64,000 nt of DNA from Octopus vulgaris (Eukaryota). Below are positions 12,126 through 24,015 of this stretch, one piece after another; position 1 is the stretch's first letter; each line of letters starts with the position of its first letter. A model generated the notes under the pieces. That model did no database searches. It was not told the origin of the DNA and saw only the letters and a list, made by a program, of their open reading frames with translations. The translations under genes and the position numbers were made by a program. The stretch is from assembly GCA_951406725.2 (NCBI GenBank), contig OX597823.1:1364001-1428000 (forward strand), read 5' to 3'.

Positions 12126-12479
12126 CGGTTGTCACATTATACGGATGTGTGTATGTATGTATCTATGTACGCTATCCTGAAGTGTCATTGCGTCTGGTGT
12201 TTCTCTATTTTGCGGTTGTGTTCAATAAATGAGCAAACATTTTACGTGGATGTAATTCGTGTCTCAGCGCCGCTCATCCCAACGCGTCTTCGGTTTGCGT
12301 ATTTATTCATTTGCGTGGTTTTCTTGTTTTTGTTTGTGTCCTCGTGTACATGTGTCTGCGTTGTTGGTGAATATTTGCGTCCATATCTGTCGGTCCAAGC
12401 GTTTCTTGATCTCCTATGAAAGTATGAAGAAATGGAAAAGCATGTATGTATATTCTTGTATCTATAAGGTAGTGACAAT

Positions 12480-12960
12480 TTGAGAATGGATATATACTAG
12501 TCTGTATATACGAATATTGAAGTAATTATTCAGTTTGCATAAGCCCCCTCTGGCAAATAGGTTAGTTACCCCACCGTGACTAAAGGAAATGAAGGTTCTT
12601 TGAAGTTTTAGTAAGCTCAGTTCCGTCTCTCTGACTCCGTAGTTTAGTAAATTAGTCACGTGGCTGAGAACAACCTTGACAGTCGTTGAATTGGCAGAAA
12701 TGGTTGGGAGTTTAGTTGGAACTCTTTTGGTTCCAAGTTTAAATTCCATCGGGAGTAGATTATCTTTAATTGGTTTGTGGCTGATTAAAGATTCGATATT
12801 TATTCGTCTTATTCGATTTTTCACAAATCTGATATGGCGAAGCTTTTGTCAGCCTCGATTATGACAATTTACTCGTCCGATCATTAGAATTCGAATCAGG
12901 AAATTAACGATTAAATCATTTGGGTATTTCACATGAGTCTTTGGCACAGTTCTCAAACCG
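12480..12960 (-). pseudogene. Degenerate Penelope-like RT thumb/linker fragment
   Basis: GTKRVPTKLP...KVVLSHVTNLLNYGV resembles the PLE post-RT linker. Frameshifted. Confidence 0.5.
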
Positions 12961-13650
12961 ACTTCCTTTATCAAAATGCAACAACGCATGTTCCTTGAAT
13001 TAAAAGTATAAACTGCAGAAAGGGACAAAAATTCACACTAGGCTGCTTCTTTATTTGTTGACCGTGCAAAATGAAAGGTAAAGTAAATTTTCAGGTCTTT
13101 TATGGGTCTTTGAGACGTTTGGTGATACAGAAGCAAATAGAAATTAGTGTGTAATGCATTAGTGCAGACAAACTCTTCAGGAAACGAAAGGAAAATGGTG
13201 GATCACATTGTACCCAGTTAGAGGAAACAACATATTATGACATATTAAATATCAATATTCTAAAGACTCACGCTACGTTATTTTCTTGCTGCGCTTAATA
13301 TTTCCATTATATTTTTTAATTTCATACATCAGTTATTTCTTGCAGCAGACAACTTTAATTATCTTCTGGTTTATATCCGATGGCATATGATTTTTTCTGA
13401 AGATGAACATGAACATCTGTGCGCGTGCGCATATGTCTTTCACAGTTGCATAAATATATTTCTGCTTGTCTGTCTCTCTGTTTGTACACATCAGAACCGT
13501 CATTAACTATCAACTGAAATGTATACACACTCATATATAGGTGTGTGTGTGTGTATGTATATATGTATATGTATGTATGTGTGTGTATATATATATATAT
13601 AAGAGGTAATGGTGTCAGTAAAACCAAAAAGTGTCAGGTAATGCTAAGTG

Positions 13651-13796
<146 letters not shown>

Positions 13797-13934
13797 CTTC
13801 ATTTCACTTAATTTATCAAGCTTCTGTATTCCTAGCACATATTTCGCCTTAATGTACTGATATATGAAAAATATATGGCTTGTGTTAGTAATACCAGCGA
13901 TTATAATTATTTTTATTTTATCGCAATTTGATTT

Positions 13935-14010
<76 letters not shown>

Positions 14011-14635
14011 AAAGGGTTAGAGAGAGAGGTAGGTAGATAGATAAATAGATGATAGATAGATGATAGATAGATAGATAGATAGACACTCACACACTTGTTG
14101 TCTCCGTTTTGTGTGTCTGTGCACGCTCGCGTGTGTGTGTGTGTGTGTGTTCGCCTCCATTTAACGCTTCGTGATGAATGCCTGCTTTCTCCACTAATGA
14201 CGATGGTGCGACTGAATGGAAGATAAGCCGTGACAGAAGCAGAGTATAAAACAGTAGCAAAAGTTATGGATGAGGATAGCCAAAGCTGAAGAGATGATGA
14301 TAGGTAAGGGGTGAGGGTGGGCAAGATAATTGAAATGTTTCTAGAATTTAAATCCTAAAAGATTTACATTTCTGGAAAATAATATGTATCGAGGCTAGGT
14401 GCAACATAATAGAAAACTTCTCCTATATACTTATATGTGTATGGGTGTGTGTTTGTGTGTGTGCGTGCGTGTGTGTGCGTGTGTGTGTGTGTGTGTACAC
14501 ATACAAACAGTCCACATACGCACACATACATGCACAATCACGCGTGTACGCGCGCACACACACACATATCACAAACTACAGCATATCTCTTTTTATGAGA
14601 ATCGTCAGTGGGATTTTTACGCTTTCAGTTGAAAC

Positions 14636-14683
14636 GAATGGTAAAGAGAATGGTAAAGAGAATGGTAAAGAGAATGGTAAAGA
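14636..14683. repeat. 12-bp tandem repeat (GAATGGTAAAGA) x4
   Basis: Directly visible. Confidence 0.95.
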
Positions 14684-14966
14684 GATGTATCTTCGGAATA
14701 TATTAGCAAATATACACGACGAAGCATTGATTTGAATGGGAGATGAGAAATAGAAAGACACCATATTTTCATATTTTCGGGTTCAAAAAACCATGACATG
14801 TATTTTCTATCATAACTCATCTCTCTCACTCTCTCATTCTCTTTGTTTGTTTGTTTCTTTCTTTCTCCTTCTCTCTCCCTCTCTACTCTCTCTCATATAT
14901 ATATATATATATATTCACACACACATACATATTTAAGAAATACGTATATGAACACATATATAGATG

Positions 14967-15023
<57 letters not shown>

Positions 15024-15334
15024 ATCTATATGTACATATATAAATACATAGATATATATGTAAGTGTGTGTGTGTGTATGTATTTGCTTTGCAAGATTCC
15101 TGGTGTGAAATCGTGTGTTGAAACTGATATTACTCTACTTGGTAATGGTCATAATTGGAGACAAAGCAGCGGAAAAGAAGACATCTGGGATAAAGAGACG
15201 TTGACGAGATCACAGGATGTGTCACGAACGAGCTTTGACAAAAAGAAAATTATTATAATAAAGCCGAGGTGAAGGTCAAACATATAGGGCGTGTTTTTAA
15301 TTGGCAAAATATGACCTTCCACAAGCATAACTAC

Positions 15335-15471
<137 letters not shown>

Positions 15472-15539
15472 TTATGTATGTATGTATGTATGTATGTATG
15501 TATGTATGTATGTATGTATGTATGTATGCATGTATGTAT

Positions 15540-16890
15540 AATAAAACGAATGGTTTACACCGGTCACTTTCAAAGTATTCGTTATGTACATAGTAAATGA
15601 AAGACGGAAGATGGAAAATACGAGAATTTTCATTATTAATAATCTCAGCAATTGTTTTGAGACATCCAGCATCAATTCCTTACGGGTGGGACAGATGTGT
15701 CTCATCGGATGATAAATCGATACAACTCGTTAAAATAACTCCCTTACTGGATCAAGTTAACATACGAATCTAAATACAAACAAAAGATAATTAAACCGCA
15801 ATGGAAAGCATCAATTACTGTCAAATTGCAATAGCAAAAATGCTTATGATACAGATAACACGGTAACAACGGCGGAAGATGAAGCCGGAACTGCCATAAA
15901 TACAAATAAATATGATAAATGCTCATGCAGAGAAAAATCAAAATGCCCATTGATGAACCGCTGTATGAGTACAAATCTTGTATATAAATGTACCGTGCAC
16001 ACAAGGGTATGGCCGTATGTTTACATTGGATAGACGGCTGATTCATTTAAAAATCGTTATCGCGACCATGTCGCCAGCTTCAAGGGAGTCAATTAACGGC
16101 ATTCAACATCTTTGGCCGATTTTGTATGGCGACTGAATGAAGATGAAATTAAGTACAACATAACTTGGTCCATAATAAGGCACGCAAAACCATACAGTAT
16201 CATATCCAGTAGATGCCAACTTTGCTCCGAAGAATCCCTGTCTATTCTGTGGACCAATGAGAAGATCATTAATAGAATTTCTGAAAGACTCTCAAGATCC
16301 CTCTATGCATATAAATATAATTTCACGCAATTGCAGTGGGAATGAATTTGAGTAAGTGTTAACATAATTTATCATTTACGGTATGGATGAATTAAGTTTA
16401 GCTTTAACCTCACCATTCTTATAAATACCAAGCAGCTATTTAACTCGCTTTGTGATCGTGAGTGCACCAAACTACACGTGTGCGTATGCTTACATTTTCG
16501 CGAATGCCTGTAGAAGTGAGTGGGCACGCGCCATGCAACTTACTCGCGCGTCTTTATACATCCTTATCTGTTAACGGTTATTTTTAATACTTTTCTCACT
16601 GTGTTGCGTGTTCGTTTCTTTTTTGCATCCGTGATTTTATTTTTGATGTTCTATATAAATGAAGATATTTCCTTCGTTTTGCTGTTTTTCTTTCTACGAA
16701 ATGAGAAGATACATTACGGAACTGTTATTTTAAGGAGTTGTATCTATTTATCACCCGATGAGATACATCTACACCGCCGGATGCTCCTGAACCAGTTGTT
16801 AAGTGTCTCCCCCGAGAGGGATCGGTGCTGGATGTGTCGAAACAATTGTTATGATTATTAATAATTCTTTCGTCTTTAATTTTCATTTAC
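15540..16890 (+). mobile_element. Degenerate Penelope-like element (GIY-YIG remnant plus 3' region)
   Basis: LVYKCTV, FKNRYRDHVASF and HSTSLADFVWRL..NITWSII..AKPY...RCQLCSEE. Hammerhead remnant at 16747. Ends at (TA)n. Confidence 0.82.
16747..16858 (+). ncRNA. Degenerate type I hammerhead ribozyme
   Basis: CCGATGA (U4 changed to C), long stem II gatacatctacaccg/cggtgctggatgtgtc, GAAAC-AATT-GTT, and stem I atca/tgat. Confidence 0.7.
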
Positions 16891-16909
16891 CATATATATA
16901 TATATATAT

Positions 16910-17220
16910 AGGAATAAAAAAAATGGGACAAGAATGCAAAACATCCAGACAGATGATACAAAAGAGGGACAAGAAAAAACACGACGGGCCATTCGAAGTT
17001 TCCTTTCCTCTGTCGAGTTCCAGATTATCTTTGCAATTTCGGCTGGTTATATTCGAAAGTGCTGCAATCTGGTCAGTGCCAAGGAAAAACTAATCTAAGA
17101 GCATCAGATTCCTCGGAAGAAAGCAGCAAATGTATACGAAAACAAGGACAAAAAAAGGAGAAATGGTACACAAATACAAATGCAAATAACAGGCCATAAC
17201 AACAGGTGTCTTTCGACTAA
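16910..17220 (-). mobile_element. Unclassified interspersed repeat, same family as 10230-10575
   Basis: Reverse-complement similarity to 10230-10575. Confidence 0.75.
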
Positions 17221-17239
17221 GGACTAAGGACTAAGGACG

Positions 17240-17345
17240 AGTGTACTGGTGCAACGTGAAATGAAGTGTTTTGCTCAATAACACAATGTACAGTCGGTCC
17301 TGGGAATCGAAAGCTCGACCTTGCGATCGCGAATGCAACACCCTG
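17240..17345 (-). mobile_element. tRNA-derived CORE-like SINE head
   Basis: Minus strand tttcgattccc (B box) and ttgagcaaaacacttcatttcacgttgc. Confidence 0.6.
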
Positions 17346-20300
17346 AGACACTCACATAAATACACACTCACGCACAGACACACATACGCACGCACATATA
17401 TGTGTAAGTGTGACTTATTTTATGAATTCTATCGGAATAAAAGTCCAAGATCTAATCCGGATTACGCCTCGTCCGTCAAGGGATATAACTAAATACATTT
17501 GTGACGTTCCACCATTTGTCAAACTCTCGATGTTGTATACGATTAATTAAATTTCTAAAAATCTAATTTTGTTTTTATTCAATTTTCTCTCAACAACAAT
17601 AACAATATCATCAAATTATCACCGAAATATTTTACATTTTGCTTTAATTTACTTTTTATTATTTATCAACTAATTTTGTTAGGAAAAATGTTTTCATTTT
17701 TTATTCATATTTAATTATTAATTAACAATAATTAGTTACGTTAAACATGAACACTGTGTGTGTGCGTGTGTGCGTGTGTGCGTGTGTGTTGTGTACCTAT
17801 GTGTCTTTGGTCAGCGTTCGTACGAGACTGACACATACACACACACACATGCACATAGATACATACATATAGATAGATAGATAGATAGGTAGATAGATAG
17901 ATAGATAGGTAGATAGATAGATAGGTAGATAGACCCACTCACATACATTCATTCGTATAGTTGTGTGAGGATATGAAAATGTTAACTTGATTGCTTCATA
18001 ATTCGTTTATCAATGATTACATATTCCAAATATTAGTTTGTTGTGGAGCATGCAGGGGGTGAGATAGGTAGGCATAGAAAGAGAGAAGGGGGAGAAAGAG
18101 TGAGAAAGAGAGAGAAAAGACGAGAGTGATGCTATGTTTATGTTTATGTATGTGTGTATGTGTGTGTGGGGGGAGGTGCAAATTAGGTCCCTAGAAATTA
18201 ACTCCCAGAATGCCACTTCAGTTGTACACTCATTATTTACGTGAGAATTTAAGTTTTTGAAGAAGTTTTTCTTTCTTTTTTACTTTCTGATGTTGCTTTC
18301 TGTTTAGATTTATATATAAACACTTTTGGACAATTTCTTTCTAAAACATATATACATAGACACACACACACACGCACGCACATGCGCACATATAAGAAAC
18401 ATAAGTATCGATTAAAAGATAGATAGATAGATAGATAGATAGAGAGATAGAGAGAGAGAGATAGAGAGAGAGGGGGTTAAGAAAGACAGAGGCAAACAAG
18501 AAAGAGAGAGCTACACGTGCGCGTGTGGGTGTGCAGCGGCGTGCGTGTGTTCGAAACGTAAATCCTATTTTAATAATTGTAACAGAATTAATGTTGATGT
18601 GAAAGGAAAATGATTTGAAGAAAACGTGGGAAGGAAAATAAAATCGATCTGATTTGTTACCAGTCTTTTTACAACTTTTAAACATTCTGATTGCTATAGA
18701 TATTTTAAATGTGTAGTAATTAAAAATTCATTTTATTTTATTTTATTTTATTATTTTTTTTTTTTTGCTTTAATGCCAGAAAATTACTGTCACCTGTTGG
18801 AATATTCTGTGCCCCATGCAATGCACTTAAGTCTAGTTTCCGTGAGAGAACCGACCGACCGACTCCCTTATCAAAGATGGATGGATAACGAAGAGAAAGA
18901 ATGTGTCAAAGAATACTGAAATATTTTGTATTTTGTGCCTTGTCATGAAGAATCTCTTTATATTGCGCATGTTTCAGGTTTCAAAACCATCAAAGTTCGC
19001 ATTACCATTCCATCCGTTTGAAACAGATAAAACGGTTCTAACAAAATTAATCGCTGTTGCAAACAAATGCGTGCTTGTCATTATTTTACAGACAAATATA
19101 TGTCTGTGTATGTAAGCGATGCAACGGTACTCGAGTAACAAATCCGATAATGGCCTATGGTGATTGTGTGTGTGTTAAATGGGATTCGTATAGATACGGG
19201 GCCGACAACGGAGTGTGTTTGGTTGCGTACGAGTATCATTTGGATAGTTATAGTGTTGTGAGTGTGAGGAATGCATGCACGTCACCTCTTCTAGGTATTT
19301 AATGGTTTTTATGTAATATTGTATGAATACTTGAGATTTATTTATTCTGTGTTTTGCGAAGTCGATTTGGAAGAAATAAAGCAAAAAGCAAGATTAGGTG
19401 CAATAGGCTGAGGAAAAGTATCGCCTCTGTCAAGAATCTGTGTGTTAAAGAAATTATAAATACGACAGCAATTATCATTAAAGAAATGTCTAATAAAGAT
19501 TTCAGTGATCGGCTGGACGTCTTCCTCGATTTTCAAGTTGATATCAGACACTTTGCTGAGCGTGAAACCGGATAAATATGATTGTTACCAGACATTATGA
19601 ACAACAGTTAAGAAATATAATTTCTTTACCGTTTATGGAATTATCTTTTCTCTGTTTATAGAATTATCCTTTCTTCCTCCCTCTCCCCACTCTAATGAAA
19701 TGCCTCTAACAAACTACAGTCTACACACCAAATTATGTGTCTATTGTCTGTCTCTATGAACGGGGACATGGTTGAGCGTGACCTTCATGCTATGTTTAGC
19801 TCCTGCTAATCAAAGCCCTTTTAACTTTCAAATTTTAGTTTCAGATTTCTTTCTGGTTCCATTTTTATTTCGATTTTTGTTTTGTTTCTTTATTTCTAAT
19901 ACGCATCTAACTCTTGACGCCTCTTACTTTTGAAGTGGGAGTGAGGAGGAGATCACGGTTACCTGACAGGTATTTTGGCTTTTAAGCACTTTGAAATGTA
20001 TAAGGTGTCTGTTATTTAGAAACTAACAGCATATTTCTTGATAGTTGGAGACACTTGCTGTTGCAAAACTATGAACGGATTAAAAAACTATCAAGAGGCG
20101 ATCATTCTGTAATCATTGCCAATAATGGCTTTTATTGTATCATACGGTATTACAGAAGAATTAGTTGGGAGAGAATCATATTCATAAACTGGGTACTGCT
20201 TGTTCATTTCGGGAGAGCGATTATAGAGTCGAAACCACATTGTCAGTGGGTTACGTCTGGTGTAGGTGAGAAAAACCTGTATGAAGGCAGTCAATGTGTT

Positions 20301-20763
20301 GCAGTAAGAAGTCAGGGATCGTTCGATGCCTGAAAGCATAACTCAACCGTTTCAGGAGCATCTTTAATACACGTCACCAGTCCAACCTGTCCTTCATTCC
20401 TTCATTCCTTCATTCCTTCATTCCTTCATTCCCGTCTCTCTCTGTATCTTTCTCTCAATCTATCTTGCTGGGGATGCGTGTGTACGTATGCATACATAAT
20501 AGATACACACATCTACACACTAACATGCATACACATATAAGCATCTACACACAAACACACACACATACACACATGTATAATATCGCCTATACAAGAAAGA
20601 TGAGACAGGAAAGACTAAAGAACCAAAAGCAAAAAATATCAAAATGAGAACACTCACATTCACAATGCACACACACACACACACACACACAAATATGCAC
20701 AAGCGCACACATGCCGGTTTCTCTCCCTTTCTCTCCATATATATATATATACATATATATATG

Positions 20764-20836
<73 letters not shown>

Positions 20837-21025
20837 ATGCATACATATATACATAAATACATACACATACACACATACATACATACACACACACTTACAT
20901 ACATATATGCACACTGGCATACATAGAGAGATGGCAAATCAAAGAGAGTGATTGGAAGACGGAAAGATTTAAAGAACTGTTCTCTGTGAATAATTACTTG
21001 TAGTCGACATCTGTCTATTTCCTGC

Positions 21026-21097
<72 letters not shown>

Positions 21098-21280
21098 TAC
21101 AGTGCTATAGAATAAGTGTTGTAGTTTTGAGAGACGCGGTGTATTAGTCGTTGAATTCACTGATGTTATTCAGAAGCGCATGAAATTGGGACTTTCTCTC
21201 TTTCACGCAGAATCGAGAGAGAAAAGTAATATTTTCTGGGTTCAGGGGTAGATTCACTCACCTTGAAATGTGTGAGCTTA

Positions 21281-21693
21281 TTTCTTCTTCTTCTTCTTCT
21301 TCTTCTTCTTCTTCTTCTTCTTCTTCTTCTTCTTCTTCTTCTTCTTCTTCTTCTTCTTCTTCTTCTTCTTCTTCTTCTTCTTCTTCTTCTTCTTCTTCTT
21401 CTTCTTCTTCTTCTTCTTCTTCTTCTTCTTCTTCTTCTTCTTCTTCTTCTGCTCCTTCTTCTTCTTCTTCTTCTTCTTCTTCTTCTTCTCCTTCTTCTTC
21501 TTCTTCTTCTTCTTCTTCTTCTTCTTCTTCTTCTTCTTCTTCTTCTTCTTCTTCTTCTTCTTCTTCTTCTTGTTCTTCTTCTCCTTCTTCTTCTTCTTGT
21601 TCTTGTTCTTCTCCTTGTTCTTCTTCTTCTTCTTCTTCTTCTTCTTCTTCTTCTTCTTCTTCTTCTTCTTCTTCTTCTTCTTCTTCTTCTTCT
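21281..21693. repeat. (TTC)n microsatellite, about 410 bp
   Basis: Directly visible. Confidence 0.98.
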
Positions 21694-21995
21694 CCTTAAA
21701 CACACGCACACGTATATATATGTATTTATGTATGCGTATAGATTGTGTGAAGCGGTGTATAGATTTTATATATTAAGAAAAAGGAAGTTGTCAGAATTAT
21801 GGATAATTATTTATTTTAGAGTTTTCCTCTCGTTTCCGGGAATCATGGGAAACGATATTTTTACAGAAAATTGAAGCTTGGCAGTTTGACGAAGGTTGCA
21901 GGTCGAAACGTCGAAGCCAATGTCATTTATTTCCTTGTTAATGTATAATGAATATGTACCTTACAAAAAGAGTTGAGTATGACTTGGCTTATAAG

Positions 21996-22039
<44 letters not shown>

Positions 22040-22048
<9 letters not shown>

Positions 22049-22416
22049 GGCAGTTTGTCTGTGTGTGTTTCTGTGTGTCTGTTTGCTTGTACCCTCACTC
22101 TGACCACGGCTTTCAACCGATTCTGATGAAACTTGACACACACATAGCCCAATGTCATAATTCAAAACTAACGCAGCGAAAATTTTGAAAAGTTCCCCCA
22201 GTTCTGAAAAAGATCGATAAATTCAACATGGGGTCGACAATCAGAAATACAAACCACAGATGGTCATGGGGACGCAACTCGACCTTTTTAACTATCAAAA
22301 AAAATTTACCATCTTTTTTTTCCCATTTTTTTGCTATTTTTTGGCTATAACTCTCTAAAAAATCCTTTATAGTTATTTCCCTTACAAACCCGAGCAACGC
22401 CGGGCGATACTGCTAG
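22040..22416 (+). mobile_element. Non-autonomous Helitron
   Basis: 3' GC hairpin cccgagc-aac-gccggg (22389-22404) followed by terminal CTAG (22413-22416) and then T. The 5' end is buried in (TA)n, with a gtctgt tract. Confidence 0.85.
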
Positions 22417-22620
22417 TATATATATATATATATATGTATAAATACCACTAAGTAAGTTAGGGGTTATGGATCCAACCCACTAAGAGATAATATTTATCCA
22501 GTATACTGTTGGTATAATACCCAATTCTTAATACATAAATGTTTTTAATTGCAATGCAATTAATTAATTTATTGTATTAAACGGGTGAAGGTAAAGAAAT
22601 ATTTTACCATTAATCTATAA

Positions 22621-22964
22621 TACAAATAAGAAAATGGAGAAACAATTTAGTTGGTTCATCAGCTTTTGGATATTAGAATGTTGACTTATTTATTCATTTA
22701 ACAAAAATGAGAACCTTAATAGCATACATACAGACATTATAATTCAATACATAGAAGATAAGAATACAATTATAAAAATCATAATATAAATTATTGAAAT
22801 CATTCAATAATTTATGTTATGATTTTTATAATTGTATTATCTTATATGTATTGAATTATAATGTATATTAAGGTTCGCATTTTTGTTTTTTGAATGAATG
22901 GGTCAACATTCTGGTATCCGAGGGCTGGTGGGCCAACTGGGTTGTTTCTCCATTTTCTTATTTG

Positions 22965-22966
<2 letters not shown>
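22621..22966 (+). repeat. 346-nt near-perfect inverted repeat with polarised T:G mismatches
   Basis: Arms 22621-22798 and 22803-22966 around a 4-nt loop (atca), aligned by eye. Confidence 0.93.
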
Positions 22967-23052
<86 letters not shown>

Positions 23053-23109
23053 ATGTAAATTATACAGATAAGAAGATAATTTATTTTGAAATGCAGAAAC
23101 GCTGTTAGA

Positions 23110-23371
23110 ACAGCAGAAACATTGGGTAAACTTGTCAAGAAACAGCCTTAAAATTAATGTTAGTTTGATCACTCCAGAAACGCGTGTGCCCATAACGCAA
23201 TTCGCAGGAAGACTTGGCGTGACGCAGAGAGTAATAAGGCTTCGAAGTACAGGTGCTACTAATTTTTGCCATCTGAATGGACTGGAGCAACGTGTCTTGC
23301 TGAAGGACACAACGCGTCACCGGGAATTGAACTCATGGCCTTACGAATACCCGAGCCACTAAGCCACGCGC

Positions 23372-23374
<3 letters not shown>
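23110..23374 (-). mobile_element. tRNA-derived CORE-like SINE
   Basis: Minus strand gtggcttagtgg (A box), gagttcaattccc (B box) and tgtccttcagcaagacac. Confidence 0.75.
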
Positions 23375-23408
<34 letters not shown>

Positions 23409-23520
23409 CACACATATATATATACATATATATACGTAAATATCAAACAATAACAATGAGTGCTCAAGACTGCCATTGGTGGAAAAAATTCTTTATCTGT
23501 GTACTAAGGTTATTTTTGTT

Positions 23521-23749
23521 GTTTCATGTTAAGAAAATATCTTTATATCTTAACAATTTTTCAAGCCTATCAGGTGGAGGAACTATGTACGTCTCTATTT
23601 TGGATTAAAACACGATTAAATCACGTGAAATCACGCGTGGTCTTGAAATAAAAAGAACAAATATTCACATGAGGGCGAAATGGAGACGAATATTATTCCT
23701 TCATTTCATCAGTTTGAAAAGTTATTAAGATATTGTCTTAACATGAAAC
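23521..23749 (+). repeat. Imperfect inverted-repeat (fold-back) element
   Basis: gtttcatgttaagaaaatatctt pairs with aagatattgtcttaacatgaaac. Inner stems gtggaggaa/ttccttcat and cgtctctattt/aaatggagacg. Confidence 0.8.
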
Positions 23750-23759
23750 CAATAGCCAC

Positions 23760-23908
23760 AACACATTCTTTATTTTCTCTCCTTGTTTCTCTCTGTGTTC
23801 CTTTCTGTGGAAGAGCGTTGGCTCGAAACGTTAAAGACTTTTTCAATTCCCGAGCGTTAAACTAATACACCACCTGTCTTCATCTTTTGTTTTTTTGTGA
23901 ATTCTCCC

Positions 23909-23910
<2 letters not shown>
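23760..23910 (+). mobile_element. Short interspersed repeat with a minimal hammerhead-like motif (second copy 29830-30000)
   Basis: ctgtgttcctttctgt(g/t)gaagagcgt(t/a)ggctcgaaa...cccgagc.ttaaactaatac is shared with 29830-30000. Confidence 0.75.
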
Positions 23911-23954
<44 letters not shown>

Positions 23955-23965
23955 GTTCTTTTAAA

Positions 23966-24015
<50 letters not shown>

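Noticed and set aside
14200-14310. Possible exon ending at a GTAAGG donor
   Set aside because: In-frame stops, no clear acceptor and no recognisable protein.
14636-14683. Short direct repeats considered as CRISPR-like
   Set aside because: There are no spacers and the context is eukaryotic. It is a simple tandem repeat.
18755-18920. Polypyrimidine tract plus CAG followed by a short open frame
   Set aside because: No recognisable homology or donor site. It cannot be supported without RNA-seq.
19342-19575. Overlapping short ORFs of complex sequence
   Set aside because: No motif recognised. Probably a decayed transposable element.
20277-20345. ctgtatga-aggca…tgcct-gaaag as a hammerhead
   Set aside because: The core has an insertion and no convincing stem I forms.
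21166-21874. Poly-R/K/L/S/F ORFs
   Set aside because: Artefact of the (TTC)n microsatellite.
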